A stretch of DNA of 64,000 nt, filler included, from Sphacelaria rigidula (GCA_964200075.2; 5 parts of 5 records of this genome joined end to end with filler, not necessarily neighbours in it), one strand, 5' to 3'; counted from the first letter of the whole stretch, positions 36,721-50,999 are shown. Notes: generated from the sequence alone by a model not told the origin. Made by a program: numbers and translations.

Positions 36721-36889
36721 GTGAGATAGCAAGCAAATAGACAACCACTGGGAGGTATCGTCTGTGCCGGGGGGAGCAATCCGATGTCGAGGATTTTACA
36801 GCATTTTCCTCAAGTGTGCACGAAGTTTATACGAGCATATATATTTACACTCATGAATTCACTTTCTTATTTTGGACTTCTCGGGAGGG

Positions 36890-37200
36890 GGGGGGGGGGA
36901 GGGTACTAGACCACCATCCCCGCCCCCCCAAACGCCTTAGCAGGACGCAGCTCATCCTTCATGAGACTCGCCGAACGCATCGCTGCGCTTCGCGCTTGGT
37001 GGTAGATTGCTAGCCTGGTCCGGCGAAAACCCGGTGTGCTCCGTCCCGGCTTCGTAGGGATGCAAGGTCGATGGTCTCAGACTACAGGATGCAAGATTAT
37101 GAGTACACCCCCCGAAACGCCGTACAAAGTCCTGCATGATTCGATCACATACACAATCCTACACAAAATGAGGCGGCTTCGGGGGTGGTACCCCCCCCTG
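36890..37200. mobile_element. MITE-like repeat (GGGGGGTACT family), near full length, intronic
   Basis: Starts G-run GGGTACT and ends GAGTACACCCCCC / GGTACCCCCC; the body matches 51000-51188, 1-92 and 13770-13885. Confidence 0.7.
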
Positions 37201-38296
37201 ATGATGCGGGGGTGTAGCATATGATCACCCCTGATCCGCGGGTGTAGAAAATATGAAACTAGTATAAGAAATAAAAATAATGAATGAAAATATCACGTGA
37301 ACAAGACTCGTTCGGTATGCCTTTTTGGGGTTAGTAACGTTTATCAAGGTGTCGAATAATGCACGATAAAAAATGTCTGATAGCTGATTACCCTAATACT
37401 CATTATTGGTGAAGGAACCAGCCACCTCGCTAATGCATGGTAGTTTGTGGATGGTAGCTCCCCACCCTGGTACTCATTATTAGGTACAAGAACCGACCAC
37501 CTTGGTAATGCACGGTAAGTTTTGCATGTTAACGGGCCATCTTGGTACTCATTGGTACGGGAACCCAGCCACCACGGCAACGCACGGTGTTTTGGTTTCC
37601 TGTGTGTATTCATCCAGCGTGTGGCCACCCACGGCCGTAACTAATGTCTAGACATCCGAACAGCACGAAATCGTACGTGGACCTGTCGTTCGCGAAACTC
37701 AAGTGCAAGCTTGGCCTACTGAACACGGCAGGCAGACTGAAGCAAAAAGCTACAGCACAACATGACCGTCAGGAGGTGTGGCTACAGCCTCAGCACCACT
37801 GGCGGAAGGACTCGTCGAGGCAGACGAAATCACTTCACAACAACTGTCGGGCCCATTACCAATAGCTCCAACTTCTTCGCAGATGATTGGTTGCGTTCGG
37901 TCGTGTGCGTTTTGGTGTGTCGCCGCATGTTAACCAACTCGAAAAATGTAGGGTCCTCTTGGGATCCCGTCAAAAATGCTTTCCAAGAAATGCGCACGTG
38001 ATCCAACAACATGAAGAAAAAGAGAATGAGAAAAAGATCTGCTGTGGTATGGTCGGGAGTGAACCCCCGTCTTGGTTGCTACAAAGTGAAACATTTATAT
38101 CACTGTCTTAATGACGTAGCGTGGATGTTGGAATGAATCCGGAGTTCAGGTCGATTTTCTGTACAGTACTTGGGAGCAATATATTTGCGCGCTATTTAGT
38201 TGGGTGGCAATGAGAAACCACAGGAATGCCAGTATTTGCCAGGTAATTGTTTGGACGGGAATGGCAGAATACGGTTTACTCGGTAATGATCTGGAT

Positions 38297-38362
38297 GATT
38301 GATTGATTGATTGATTGTCGCACTTTAACTGACCCCCCAGGGGTCCAGCCGTGGTCTCATGA
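38297..38362 (-). mobile_element. LINE/SINE 3' end with (CAAT)n tail
   Basis: Reverse complement of 28800-28859. Confidence 0.75.
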
Positions 38363-38366
38363 TAGA

Positions 38367-38466
38367 NNNNNNNNNNNNNNNNNNNNNNNNNNNNNNNNNN
38401 NNNNNNNNNNTTAATTAATTAANNNNNNNNNNNNNNNNNNNNNNNNNNNNNNNNNNNNNNNNNNNN
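38367..38466. other. Artificial 100-nt assembly spacer
   Basis: N44-TTAATTAATTAA-N44. Confidence 0.98.
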
Positions 38467-38544
38467 ACAGAGAGGAGCCTAGCACACTTTTGAGATTCGC
38501 TTGGCTCCAAGGTTTCGAGAGTGGCCGCTGAACAATAATCCGTT

Positions 38545-38602
38545 TGATTGATTGATTGTCGCACTTCCACTGACCCCCCAGGGGTCCAGCCGTGGTCTCA
38601 TA
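38545..38602 (-). mobile_element. LINE/SINE 3' end with (CAAT)n tail
   Basis: Reverse complement of 28800-28859. Confidence 0.75.
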
Positions 38603-39659
38603 TGTGCAATAAAATCTATGGCGATCTGCACAGATTATATGCAGACTGCCGTATATTGGCAAGCACAGATTATTGCGCACGACCTATTGTTCAGCTGCCA
38701 ATCTCGAAACCTCGGAGCCAAGCAAATCTGAAAAGTAGGCTAAGCTCCTCTTTGTGGGGTGATACAAAGTGTCCGAGACATGTGTTGGCGATTTTCCCTG
38801 TTTGGGGGTCAAAGCGTGGATCAAGCGTCCCAAAAGTGAACAATCCGTGGGCCAAAAATCTGTTCGCCATAAATATCTGGCCTTAGGCCGCTCCTTGAAA
38901 CAGACAAGAATGAAAATATGGAAAAGTGTCTTTTTGGAGCTTCCACGTCGTTTTACGCCCAAAGGAGAGCTCGATGGAGTCTGACACCTTGGAATGACTT
39001 GCTCTACTAGTCGAGGCGGTTCGAGGACATTTTCCCGTTTTCCGGTGGCTGCAGTTTTTATTTCGGCCAAACAAGAGTTTTTGTCCAAGAAGGGTTAAAA
39101 ACAGTCAAGACCACGATGATATACCAGCGTCTGCACGCAGGCTTGATGATGGCCTCGGGTGTACAAATCCACAGGATTTTCTACAGACTAAAAGATGGGG
39201 TTTCGAAAGCTCATTTCACTGAAAAGTCTCTGACAAAAGTAGTCCGGAATGACTTCTCTCATGAACTTTTGTCAGTCTATGAGAAGCGGCCTGCCGCAAA
39301 TCATCATTTCTCAATAAAATCTGAACATATTTGAGCAAGGTTACGCACAACGTGCACAGCTGATGAATAGCTACGCATATGCCACACATGTTGAAATTAT
39401 TGCCGCCCAACATTTGTACAAGTTGGTCAACCTTTCCGGAGTCACTATCCGAAAACACATGCGATGTTTTTCTTATCCACGATCACTACTGTACATTGAG
39501 ATACAGCAGCCTATATTCACCATATATTTCGACTTGCGTCACCTCCGGGAGGCCCGTACCAACCTCCCGAAGGGGAACCCTGTATGTATATATATACACA
39601 CACAAGACTTTCGGCGGCTTTCGCCAGCACGCTCAGTGGATCGGCAGGTAAGATACATG

Positions 39660-40830
39660 ACCGCTGATGATTGTTGTGTGCGTTGCGTAATGGCACGGGT
39701 CAAAGTTTGAAAATAAACCCGAAGCTGCTCACCAGCTGAGCACGTTGTGCGTAACCTCGCACAACTCTCTTCAGAAGTCAATGAAGCACGATCCGAAAAT
39801 GATGCCGATTCAATTCTGGGATGATGCGGACTCAGATTAAAAATAATGGAAACCGTTGTATTCAGCGCCTCATGATGAAAAAGCTGCATGGACGGTAGAG
39901 TGGGTACATCAGCAGCAGCAGCAGCAGCAGTCCAGAGACAGTAAACAGGAAGTACAATGGAGACGATGCGATATGCGTGCAAGATTACAGCACGCTCAAG
40001 GTATGCGAGCCCTACCTACCCCGCAAGGTCATCGGAAAACTGTTGCACGCTGCTGTTTCATACTTTCTCAGATTTTGAATCGAAGATGATGTCGGGTCAA
40101 TGTTTAGTTGAAGATGATGCCGATTCCAAAAAATAATATGTTTGCCTCGTTTGCCGAAGAGGAACATAGGTGTGTGGTACTTTCAGGCCCATGCAAAGGC
40201 TTGGCACTTGACAAACAGCCCAACACAATCCGGGTGAACCTAGGGAACTCATTGCTTCCGTAAAGCAGAAACACACAGCTCGTAGTTGCTCACCAGCTGA
40301 GCTGTGCTTGACCTTGCATAAATCTGATCAGAATTCAACGAGAAACAGTGATTTGTGTGATACACGCGCGAACCGGTGATAATTGTGTGCGTTGCGTAAT
40401 GGCACAGGTTGTACTTCGAAGATAACGCCGTAGCTGCTCACCAGCTGAGCATGTTGTGCGTGACCTTGCACAAATCTGTTCAGGGGTCAACAATGAACGA
40501 TTCGAAGAATGATGATGGTTCAATTTTGACATGATGCCGACTCAAATTTGAAATAGTAGAAGCCCTTGTATGCAGCGCCTCATAATGAAAAAAATCGCAT
40601 GTGCGGTAGAGTAGAAGCAGTACAGACAGTGAAAAGGGAAGCAATTAGTCGAGGCGATGCGATATGCGTGCAAGATTACCACACGCTCGAGGTATCCCAG
40701 TCGTGCCCCGAGAGTTCAGTTGAGAACGATGGCACACTGCTTTTCCATACTGTTCCACTTCAACTGAACATGATGCCGACTGAATTTTATGTGAAAATGA
40801 TCCCAGTTCCACAAATGAATATGGCTTGTA
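39660..40830. repeat. Diverged direct duplication (~450-480 bp units)
   Basis: TTGTGTGCGTTGCGTAATGGCAC...GCTGCTCACCAGCTGAGCA...CGATGCGATATGCGTGCAAGATTAC at ~39665-40140 and ~40376-40830. Confidence 0.75.
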
Positions 40831-41989
40831 TGCAGTTGAGAGAGATGGCACCTTCGACGATCGAAGGGTCCACCGAGACGTCGAGAGAGGAAATGCATCA
40901 AACAGAACGCATCTCGACGTCATACCGCGACGCAGAAGACAGCGCGGGGAGCAAATGTAGTCCACACGCAAGCGGAAACAGAGTACCCCCTTATGTCCAG
41001 CGAAATCCTAACGAAATGTCTACGGAGAGGTTTCCGTGAAACAGGCGTACTATAAATCAAGTAAAGGGAAAATGGTGGACTGTCAGAGCTCGACAGTGAA
41101 CTGACATCTGTTTGCAGGGAAGAGATCCGCACCAAGTGTAACTGCTATTGGCTCTGCAAGGTTTTCGACGCTTCGCGCCACCGCTCAAATCGAGGGTTTC
41201 CAAGGCAAAGGGTAATGTGGAGTGTTTCGACCGGCATCAGCCCTTGCCCATATAGTGGGGTGCTTGGAGGTGAAGATCTGATTTATAGATAACTTATTTG
41301 ACCTTCAAACGTCGTCAAGCACGATAAAACCCGACCGAAAATTAGGAATCCAAATGAGGCAGGAGACACTGATCCTGCACAAGAGAAAAATCGTGGGGGA
41401 CTACAACAACAGCAAGCAATGAAAAAGGAACTAGAAAAGGAGAGGAAGCAAAGCAAGAATGGGCTACTCAAAGCTGATTCGCACGCCTTCACCCAGGCTC
41501 CGTCTGAAAATCTGCCCAAAAGTAACTCATTCAACCTTCAAGCATCGTCAACGACGATGAGGTCCGACCGAGAATAAAGAATTCGAACGAGGCAGAAGAC
41601 ACTGATCCTGCAGAACAGCAAAATAGCCGTGAAGGACTACAAGAGCATCGACACGATGAAGAAAAAGTGTGCAAATCACTGTTGCCCGTCGATTAGACGG
41701 TGTGACATCCTATGCAAAATAGTGAAGCAAGAAAAAAATGGAACTAGAAAAAAGAAGTAACAAAGCAAGAACAGGCTATACTACGCCGATCCGTACGCCT
41801 CCACCGAGCCTCTATCCCCGGCTTGGTGAGGGTGATTCGACACAGACCAAGGGAGGCACTGGGAAAAGGCTACACTATCCTGATGCCTTCGCCTCCACCC
41901 AACCTCCTCCCACGGCATAGTTAGGATGACGAAGCTGTGCGTCGTTCTCCAGACGTCCCAAAGCAGGCGATCTAAGTACGGGAAGACTG

Positions 41990-44900
41990 TTATCCGATGC
42001 AGTTCACATATGGCGACGGGAGGGGAAGAGAAGTAATGTCAGAATCCGTCGCGGTGTGAGTATACCGGTTGAACGTTATCTTCGAAACGAAGGCACAGCT
42101 GTGAAGAGTGCCACTTAAACGTGAAGGCAAGGCAAGACAAATTATGGAATCCCGCTTTTGAGTTAGATCGAGTGCTACATTTAGTTGCCCGTGTGTGAGA
42201 ATATCATCGCGAAGGTCGAGTCCTATCTCAGAAAGGGTTTGCCCCCGGCTGTTGTTGATGATAATAACATCGCATCCTCTAAGGAGCAATTGGAACCTGG
42301 AGAGAAAAATACCATTATTTCGCGACCTACGCTTTGAAACATATGCGAGGAGTAAGAATGAAGAAGACTCACTGGGCAACTGAACGTAAGCAACGCGGGG
42401 GAAAAGCGCGGACGATGGCTTCCTGCCCACTCACTAATCCTCCCTTGAAATTGAGATTTTGTGTAAGCATGGTGATGGGGTTTATCATCAAGTGTAGGGC
42501 ATGAGGCGAAACGCCTTAGACGTCCATGTTGTTTAGATCTTCCGATGAGAGGAAATCAAATACCGTTTGATCGGGAGAGTCTGGATCGAACGTGTCACAG
42601 CTGTGCGCGCTTAGAAAATCACTCGAGAGGATGTGGAATATGTCTTCATTTATAGTGTCGATTGTGGCGTTGGCTAAAGAGGGAGTAGCCCTTGTCTTGA
42701 AATCGGAAGGGTCACCATGCAGCAAGTCAGGGTTAATGAAATTAATCTAATCGAAGCCATCGGTGTTTCTTAGAACAAACGAGTCTGAGGGCGAATCAGG
42801 AATTTCATGCATGTAAGCTAGGGGGACGGTTTCATCACCATCTTCTGCTGTTCCATTTGGTGGAGAATCTACCCGAACACTTGGCACGAAAGCCGCATAG
42901 GGGCGCATCTTCGCGGTGAACGTGGGACAAAGGAGGGCTGGAAATACGAGGAGCGTCAATACTCGTAGCAGGTTCGAGGAGTCCGAATTGACAAGATCAC
43001 CAGTAAATGAGACTGTTTCACCCCATCAGCAAAGCATTACCAACTAGATCTTGAAGGGTAAAGGTGAGAGCCTCGAAAGAAAACCAGTGACTCATCGGAC
43101 TTCCATCCCACACAAAAATGTTGCATTTCCTTAGGTCTTAGCAGGTTGAGATTCGGCAGGAATATTGCACAGAAAAACGTGAACATTTTCCTCATCGAGC
43201 GGGAGTTTCAATATTAAACTGTGGACTGTTCACCCACCAGGTGATTGAAGGCCAGCGATGCCGGTGCTAGCTACACAGAGCACTCATTTATCGATGGATC
43301 TGGGGCGGGCACATATGACTTTTCAGTGTATGTTTTTCCTTTACCTGCGGGTGCGTCGTTAATAAAAACATGGTTGTCAGAAGAAGTAGAAGTAGCGCTG
43401 GCAACGACATTGTTGAACCCATTTCTCTGCTCCACAGAAAGATTTGGGAGGGGCATTTCGTCATATGCCTGCATTTCAGTGGGATCGAACTGGTGCCTGA
43501 AACGCATGTACTCTGTGTGAATATGGAAAACCGGCGGGAGACCTAAGGTGTCATCGGTTTTTGTCACGGTGCTGCAGAGCCAAGTCTATTTAATTTTGAA
43601 AGCGCTGTGGTAAAGGCAAAAGCGTCAGGCATGAAACTCCGCGAATATTGAATGAAGTAAGCTTGGACTGTTTCCACAAAACGCCGGCAGGCGCCCCATC
43701 GGGAATGAGGTGGACAAAAAGATAGCGTAACTGCTTCCCCCTTTTGAAATGAAGGGCTTCCTGCAAACGGATTTGACGGTCATCGTGTTGAATAAAACCC
43801 ATGGCCCTGGTCCATCTTGAAAGGTGGGATGAACGTTGTTCTCATGAGTTCGCAGTTCTTCGAAGGATCTAGCGGGCGTTTGGTGAAGCAGTAGTCGGAG
43901 ATGAAAAAGCTACTTGTCGAGGGAACAGGGGAGACTCGTGCAACGTGTTTGGCAGATTATTGAGGCGTCACGAAAATATCGTGAATGTCGCGAAAGAAAT
44001 CCCAGTTTTGCGGAACCTCTTGTCTCGACAAATTATTTTTCGTTGTCGTCGAGGGACGTAAGGTTGTTGGATTTGCAGTCGGTTAGTCTACCTAGGTAAA
44101 GGATACGGTCATACCTGCTTTCCTATGCCGCGAGCAATTGCTCTTGTGAAAGGGCAGAGTCTACAATAGCGTGCTGTTGATCGTAAAGGTGAAGATCCAG
44201 GAAGGAAATGGCAGAATGGCGTTCCATGGTATGGAACCCAAACAAACGTCACGCAGACCCGGCGGTAGAAGTATAAGGTGCTGAACGATAAGCCTTACTA
44301 TCGTCACCCCCGTCAAGGACTCAAGCCTTGATGAAGTCGACACCCTTGTTTGTGTACTTGAACAAATACTTCACGATCAAAGTCTTCTGTGCAAATGTCA
44401 AAGCACAGATGATAATTGTGCTTGGAAAGAAGCCAGATGTTGTAGGGGACAATCGAGGGCACTTAACGTTGCACGTCCCAATTTTCGTCACACGTCACAA
44501 GTTGAGCCAGGCTAGTATTTTTTAGTGCGCTTGCTATTTTCCAATACTAGCCCTCGCACAGCCTTTGGTGTGTAGGGGGGACTTGGGCCAGGTGGAGATA
44601 ACCTTGTCTCCCAACGCAGATCGGGACGTCGCACGCTGCGCAGTTTTTCTAGAAACGCAAAAGGGCGGGGGGAAAGGCGTTCGTGCGTTGGAATACAGTC
44701 GATATCAAATGCTGAGTATGACAGTGCGTACAGTAGTAGACTGGGGGCCATTAGACATTTGAAAACGACCCCCTAAACCGTGTGGGTAGTCGATCTGGAT
44801 CATTTCTGTTTTTTCTCAGATGAAAATTGATGCCAGTTCGACATACGACGTGCTCTCGCCGTCCAACACCTGGGGGTGTATCTTGGGAAACGACACGACT

Positions 44901-45980
44901 CACTTCTATTCACTGCCCCCGAAGCTCTGCCATGCCAACCAATGAAGGTAGAGCTCAACAGTAGGCACTCGTCGCTGTCCCCGCGATCGATGATGTGTGC
45001 TGGAGCTTTTTTTTCGCCGGGTAGGTTGATGAGCTTGCCGAGGCAGTGGCGCTACTTCCAGTGATTGTTATTGTACGTGAAAACGAAGAGATGCAAAACA
45101 CAGACAGCGGAGAATATGTCAGACTCGAACTGAATAATTGCGAGAGATGTATGTCGAGACCAAGACGTGCTGGACACAACACAGCAATACATTGAACCAA
45201 TGACGTGTGGAGCACTGTGTGTAAGTCTATCGGTTCAAAGCCCATCTGTAAAGAAAAAAGACGAAAACACCCAACGAGAGGGCTCACAACACAAAGGAGC
45301 TACCCCATACTATGTTTTCGCACACGCCGAAGCACAGCACGAAATATCCAACGAAGGCCGAGACACAGGCGTGCTGGACGCAACACAAGAGCACAACACA
45401 ACAACGCGTTGGATCAATGAGGAAGCCAAAGGCCATTGCAACGGTCAAGATAAATATGGACAAAAGTACCCATCGACGGGACGTAGAGCACACACGAAGT
45501 GAAGCGCCCTCACTGTATTTTGGCACACACCGAGACAAACACAAGGAAGAACCAACGAAAGTACTCACTATATCTCCCGGTCGGGTCCGCCTTGCAGCCC
45601 GGCTTGGGGATGCCGAGAGCAGTTTACCCCACGACGATAGTCGTTGCGCAGGACTTGCACGGGGTCGGGGCGATACTATCTTTGCGGCGCAACCGGTTCC
45701 GTCGGCGCCTGTAGTTGTCGCAGCCGCTAAGAGAGACTGTATTCCGCGTGATCTCCCCGTCGCAGGAAAAACAATCAACGGTAAATTCCCCTTGAACCCA
45801 CATAGAAGATTTTCGTTCGAGACTAGGGGATGAGCGTCCAGGAGAGTCGTCGAAAATATGAAAATATGACTGGATATCGCAGTGGAACACGACAAGGACT
45901 CCGTTAGCGGCACAAGTGGGGGATGATGAGTGGAAGGAGCCAGAGAGTGTGAGTGGGATGCGGTAGCCAAAATTGTCAAT
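41990..45980 (-). mobile_element. Helitron RepHel remnant (PIF1-like helicase plus linker), heavily degenerate
   Basis: In order: FHLRLLLHQTPARSFEELRT...PTFQD; HDD...LQEA...QLRYLFVHL...VLW; LSVEQRNGF...VFINDAPAGKGKTY (Walker A); IFVWDGSPMS (Walker B-like); SFTGDL; INNSRGQTLSEIGLDLRDDILTHGQLNVAL (motifs V/VI). Ends approximate. Confidence 0.85.
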
Positions 45981-46014
45981 CAGTAGTGCCGAAACGGAGA
46001 ATGGGAGGATTGAC

Positions 46015-46540
46015 AAGTCACTGGCGTGAACGGGGCCGATTCGCTCGGAAGTTCACCGGCGCGAAAGGCTACGTTAGATCGACTACTGTAGTGCCGGTGT
46101 GACAGGCTACGTTAGATTCACTGATAAAGAGTAGGTCACTGGTGCCGGGGTAACAGGTTGAGGTAAATTCCGAGAAGGGAAACGTGAGATTCACGCGAAA
46201 AGTATTGGGGTATTGTAGTCACTGGCACGAAATGAAGGCCAACGGTTAGGAAAGTCACTGGTCCCAGAGGGACAGGTTCCGTGAGATTTACTGGTGAAGA
46301 GTATTAGTCAGCGGTGCCAAAGTGACAGATTGTGTGGAATCCCGAGAGTTGCCGGGGTGACAGGTTGCGGTAAATTCCGAGAAGGGGAACGTGGGATTCA
46401 CTGGTGAACAACCACTGGCACAAAGGAGAGGCACACGGCTAGGGCAGCCACTGGCTCCAGAGTGACAGGTTCCGCGAGATTTACTGGTGAAGAGTAGTAG
46501 AGCAGTCACTGGTGCTCAAGTGGCAGATTGTGTGAAATTC
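46015..46540. repeat. Degenerate tandem repeats (TCACTGGTG...GTGACAGGTT) on the 5' side of the Helitron ORF
   Basis: More than ten recurrences of CACTGG(T/C)G and GACAG(G/A)TT, and duplicated GGTAAATTCCGAGAAGGGGAACGTG at ~46163 and ~46369. Confidence 0.7.
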
Positions 46541-47569
46541 CGAACGACGAAAATTTCGCGACGAAAGGGAGGCAAGTTCCGCCGTTATCACAGAGAACGG
46601 GAGAACGAAATACTACGCTCTGGTGCGTTAAAGCGCGGGAAAATGCTGCGCTCGGGCGCACTGCAGAGTGACACCAGTCTACAGGGGTCGCCGTTGAAGG
46701 AAAATGTTGATGCGTGATGAGATCATATATTTCTCGTTTTTCTTCACCTCTCCCCTCCCTTCATGTTTTCCTCCGGACGAGTAAGTCGGTTGCCTCAGGT
46801 GACCAGCCTGTTTCTCTCCCGATACCGTACCTGCCCTGTGCTTCATTTTCTTGCATTGGATCATGGCTATATGAGCACATACATCCACAGCCCGTCGAAC
46901 TTGGTCGAAGTGTTTGGATTGGAAAATCGCATTTTGTGCTGCAATATGCTCACCCTTCCATCTGCCTGTCACCATTGGCACTCCAAAGGGGAATCAGCAT
47001 CCCGGGCCAGGCGGCTGTGGACAACATGTTTTTACTCTCTTGTATAATGACATCTTGACGTGTGAAGCGAAAAATGTGCATGCGGCGGTCAGAACAGCAG
47101 CTTCACTGGGCTATGTTCCCCTTCCGCTCCTCTTTTTTCCCGTGTGCATGCACGTTAGTAGACTCAGAACGTGCTGCTTCCTTCCAGTGTTCTTTTTTTT
47201 CGTCAATCTCTGCTCGGGACCCTTGAGTGCTAGGGTTCTGAGCATCGTTATTTTTCAATCGTATTCACCTTCGTGCATGCGACGTTGACACTGTTTGTGG
47301 TATTGCATGTGCTAGCGAAAAGACCAACGTATTGTATGTGTTGTATGCGCTGTGTGTCAACGTATGCTGCGGTCAACAGGCGAGTATCTTGCATCCATTC
47401 GACCTGCTGGCGACTAGGATGATCACCGAGAGTCGACTAGAAGTGAGTGCGCGAAAACATCTCCGAGGATGGAAAATGATGGGAGCACGCACTACGTTAT
47501 GAGCACACACAGTTGATATGCTGTTGCGGTGGAAACAAGTTGTGGCCGTGAAAGTTGGGGGTACTGACT

Positions 47570-47608
47570 TGTCGTCGTCGTCGTTGTTGTTGTTGTTGTT
47601 GCTGCTGT
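47570..47608. repeat. Compound trinucleotide microsatellite (GTC)n(GTT)n(GCT)n
   Basis: Seen directly. Confidence 0.85.
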
Positions 47609-48170
47609 TTTTGCATGCAGATGCAATGTCCACTCACTCGTCTGCAGTACACCCTGTAACGATCGGAGAGGTTGTTTTTGCGCCGTAGGCACCCCTTCAT
47701 TCCCGGTCAGTCACTGCCGTAGGGCACTCGTTCCGCAGACTCACTCCAAAAAAATAAAGTAACATTAGACAGGAACTTCAATAGGGGCATTCGACATGTG
47801 CCAATTTCGCCAAATGCATCTAATGAAAGACAAGTAGAAATGCTGTATGCGATATCTCGTGCTTCTCGGTGTTTATTGTTTTTTCTCCATGGTACTCAAT
47901 TCAAGTGTATGTGTGAATGATGTTTTCACGGTAATGTCGCAAGATTTCGCCTCTTTACGAAAATATCGTGTTCGAGTGTTTTTTTTCCCGCAAATCGTTG
48001 GTTGATGGATGGTATTGAAAACGTTTTGCTGGGAAACTGAAGATTGATCGGTTGAGACGATTTCACACGTGGTTTGTCTAGATTGGCCGTATGTGGAATG
48101 GGCGGTTTATCGCAATAATTTTACTTCTTAAGATCAGGATGCTCCGAACGTGTTTGCGCTGTTTGTACAG

Positions 48171-50470
48171 TACTCCAGCATGGCGTCTTCCATACGACAC
48201 GTTTTGAAGCACAGGGGTATGGCGGGCTTGTTCGTTGGGGTACGCTCATCCATCTTGAACGTCATCCTGCCCTTTGGTGAGCGGCTACTACGTGTAATTT
48301 TTGTTCCTCATTCTGTCAACCTCGTCCCCCTCTCCCCGTCCCCGGGAGGACTCCAAGTCTGAAGGGATCAATACGTCCGTCCCCCGGTACATCCCTGATA
48401 TTTTGGCATCGCGGATTGGATAATGACTTATCAGCACTTAGGCACCTCGTCGATTCTCGTTATATATACTGTTCGTGGTACTCACCTTCTGACGTGTCGG
48501 CGGCGCTTGGCAGGTACTTGTTAGAAGGAAGACTTGGTGCCCGGATTCGAAGCCTCTATCGTGAACCCTGGCGGGTTTCATGTGTACCCGTTGGACCATC
48601 TGTGTGCGGTGGTCATGCGGTCGTTGTTCCCTTCGCTCGTACCCGTCGGTTGGTATTTCGTTTTCTTCTTGTCAAGCGTTGGACAGTCAACCTTTGGGGA
48701 TCTTTGTTTAAGAGCATACGTGCGTCTACATCCACTTCCATACATTGAATTCCTTATGATAGTCTCGCAGTCAAAAGAGGCAAACGCTTCATTGTTGCTG
48801 CTTTCGGTGTATTGTCGATCAATGTCGATGCCGTCACCCTACGATGCGGCCCTCTCTTTTTTCTTCTCTTTTTTTCTCTCGTGTCCCGCCCGCTTGTTGC
48901 CCTTGCATATAATATTGTCATGAGAAATCTGCCTTTCCTGTCAACTGAAAGAAAAGAGAAGTGAAAACCCTCCTTTGATGTTTGATGCGATTTGTATAAC
49001 AATCCAGAGTCTCTGTCGCAATACATTTTTTCCATCTTCTGTCAAGAATATTACACGCCCCTTCATGCACATCGGCACAGTCGAGTATAGTTGTGGCCCT
49101 TCAGGAGACGGCATGATGTCAAGCCAAAACTTGCCGCGTTAGCGCGTTAGATGTCTCCATTACAGTAGCTCATTAACCACGTAGACCCCAGAACGGACCT
49201 CATAGCGACCAAACAGCGTCTCTTTGGATTCGAATACGCTGGTACGTGAATAATCCCTCAAAAGCCCATGCCAGCCTCGTTGGTACTACATCCCTGTGTG
49301 CATGGGAATAGATAGGGCAGTAGAGGTTGCCCAGGTGAGGTGCTTTTTCGCAGTTCCACTTGGTTTGTTCAGTACTGCATCCAGCTCGGAAACCACAGGG
49401 TTGAAGAAAAGCGGTAGACTTACGACCAGTAGATAGCTACACCACAACGTATGGTATGGTGGTTGCCCAATTGGAGCGTTTTATGGACACCAGCACACGC
49501 GACGCTGTGATGGCTAGCTGCACTGCTGCTCATCCCGACCAACATGTGTTGATTCACGTCACCCTGTGTGTGTACGCACATGGGCTGAGCACCTATGGGT
49601 TTCCGAAGAGTTGAACGAAAAGTTGTAGCGAGCTCAAACACTTGCATTAGTGGTGCTGTAATCCCGCAGAGATTGGTGCCCAGCTGTGACCGGTCTCCTG
49701 TTCTTCTTACACGTTGTCTTGATGCTTTTTCATCTGGGTTTGTTCCATACTTGAAATTACATTGGTGCGCGGTCGACGCGGCACACCGTCTCGTCTTGAA
49801 GTCCCCTTCCCTCTAGCTCAACAGATTTGGCTGGGGCAACCCGCTGCGATGTACATTTTTATTTCCCCCTCTCTGTCCATGCCACAACAGGTAACTGGTA
49901 CCTGCTAGGGGTCCCCTTCCTGATCAAGACGCGCCGGATGGTCGACGGCATGGACGGTCGTGAGTTCATTTTTGCGTTTTTCGCCATACCAGTAAGTGTA
50001 AATTGCAAACCTTTGGCGGATCCTCTCTGTCGAGCTGTAATCCCATACACGTGCATGCGTATACTCAAAACACGCACCATTACACCATGACACTGTCGTA
50101 TGAGACAAAGCCCACTTTAAATTCAACAAAACGGCGTCGCTATGCCGTAAGTTATGGATCAGGAGGTCCATCCCGGTCAGGGGTGAGTATGTGTCCGCAA
50201 TGGAACAAGACAAATGAGGGAGAATTGACGTCCAATACCAGAAACACCGCTTTCATCCCGCGACATACATGCTATCTTCGTTCGCTTGCAGTGTTCGATG
50301 CAGTATGCCATTTGACCAGACCGTGGCTTCTGTGTTTTCCTTCTTGTTTTTTTTTCTCGTCGCTAACGAACTCGTTCGTGCATCGGCAGAGTTCAGAGTA
50401 GGCATGGGGGGAAGCTTGGATATGGTGAGGGCGATCTTGAAAGACGAGGGCATTTCGGGCCTGTTCGCAG
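48171..50470 (+). CDS. Mitochondrial carrier (SLC25)-like gene, partial exons
   Basis: Exon 48171-48239 YSSMASSIRHVLKHRGMAGLFVG (cag|...|GTACGC) and exon ~50390-50470 GSLDMVRAILKDEGISGLFAG (|GTGCGT) both fit the [E/R]GxxGLFxG carrier motif. VPFLIKTRRM near 49910 loosely resembles PxDxxKTR. Intervening exons unresolved. Confidence 0.55.
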
Positions 50471-50999
50471 GTGCGTCAGGGCGCTTTGGTCCTCTTTGGA
50501 ACATAATGCCAGTGTCGTTTTTGCTATTGTTGTTGTCGCCGTCGTTGTTGTTTATGTTGCTGTTGCCATTACGGATTGGTGGATTGGGTCAGCACTCGCG
50601 CCCCGCGTCGTTCCTCGTCGAATCATCGCTCCTATTTATGCGCTCGCTGTTTCAACGACCTCTGTCTGAATGTAACGCATTTGTCGGGATTCCAGCCCGC
50701 AATCTTCCGCCCTGATTGACCATTGGTGTATAACTATTGGTGTATCACTTAGACCATCGGAGCGCGGCAGTAACCCGTAGACGTGGGACCATCCCGAGTA
50801 GTCTTTACAGCTTCAAGTAACGTCTTGCAGTGGCTTTTTTGGGGCAGCAATTCGATCGAATGGTGACACGCTCATCAGGAAGCATAACCGGTAGCTGTCT
50901 CTGGAAATCGCGATACCAGAAAGTGAGGCATTTCATTGTGGCAACTCATTGTTGGCTGCCATCCATACGCGAGATAATCAGTACTCTTCAGACTAAATA

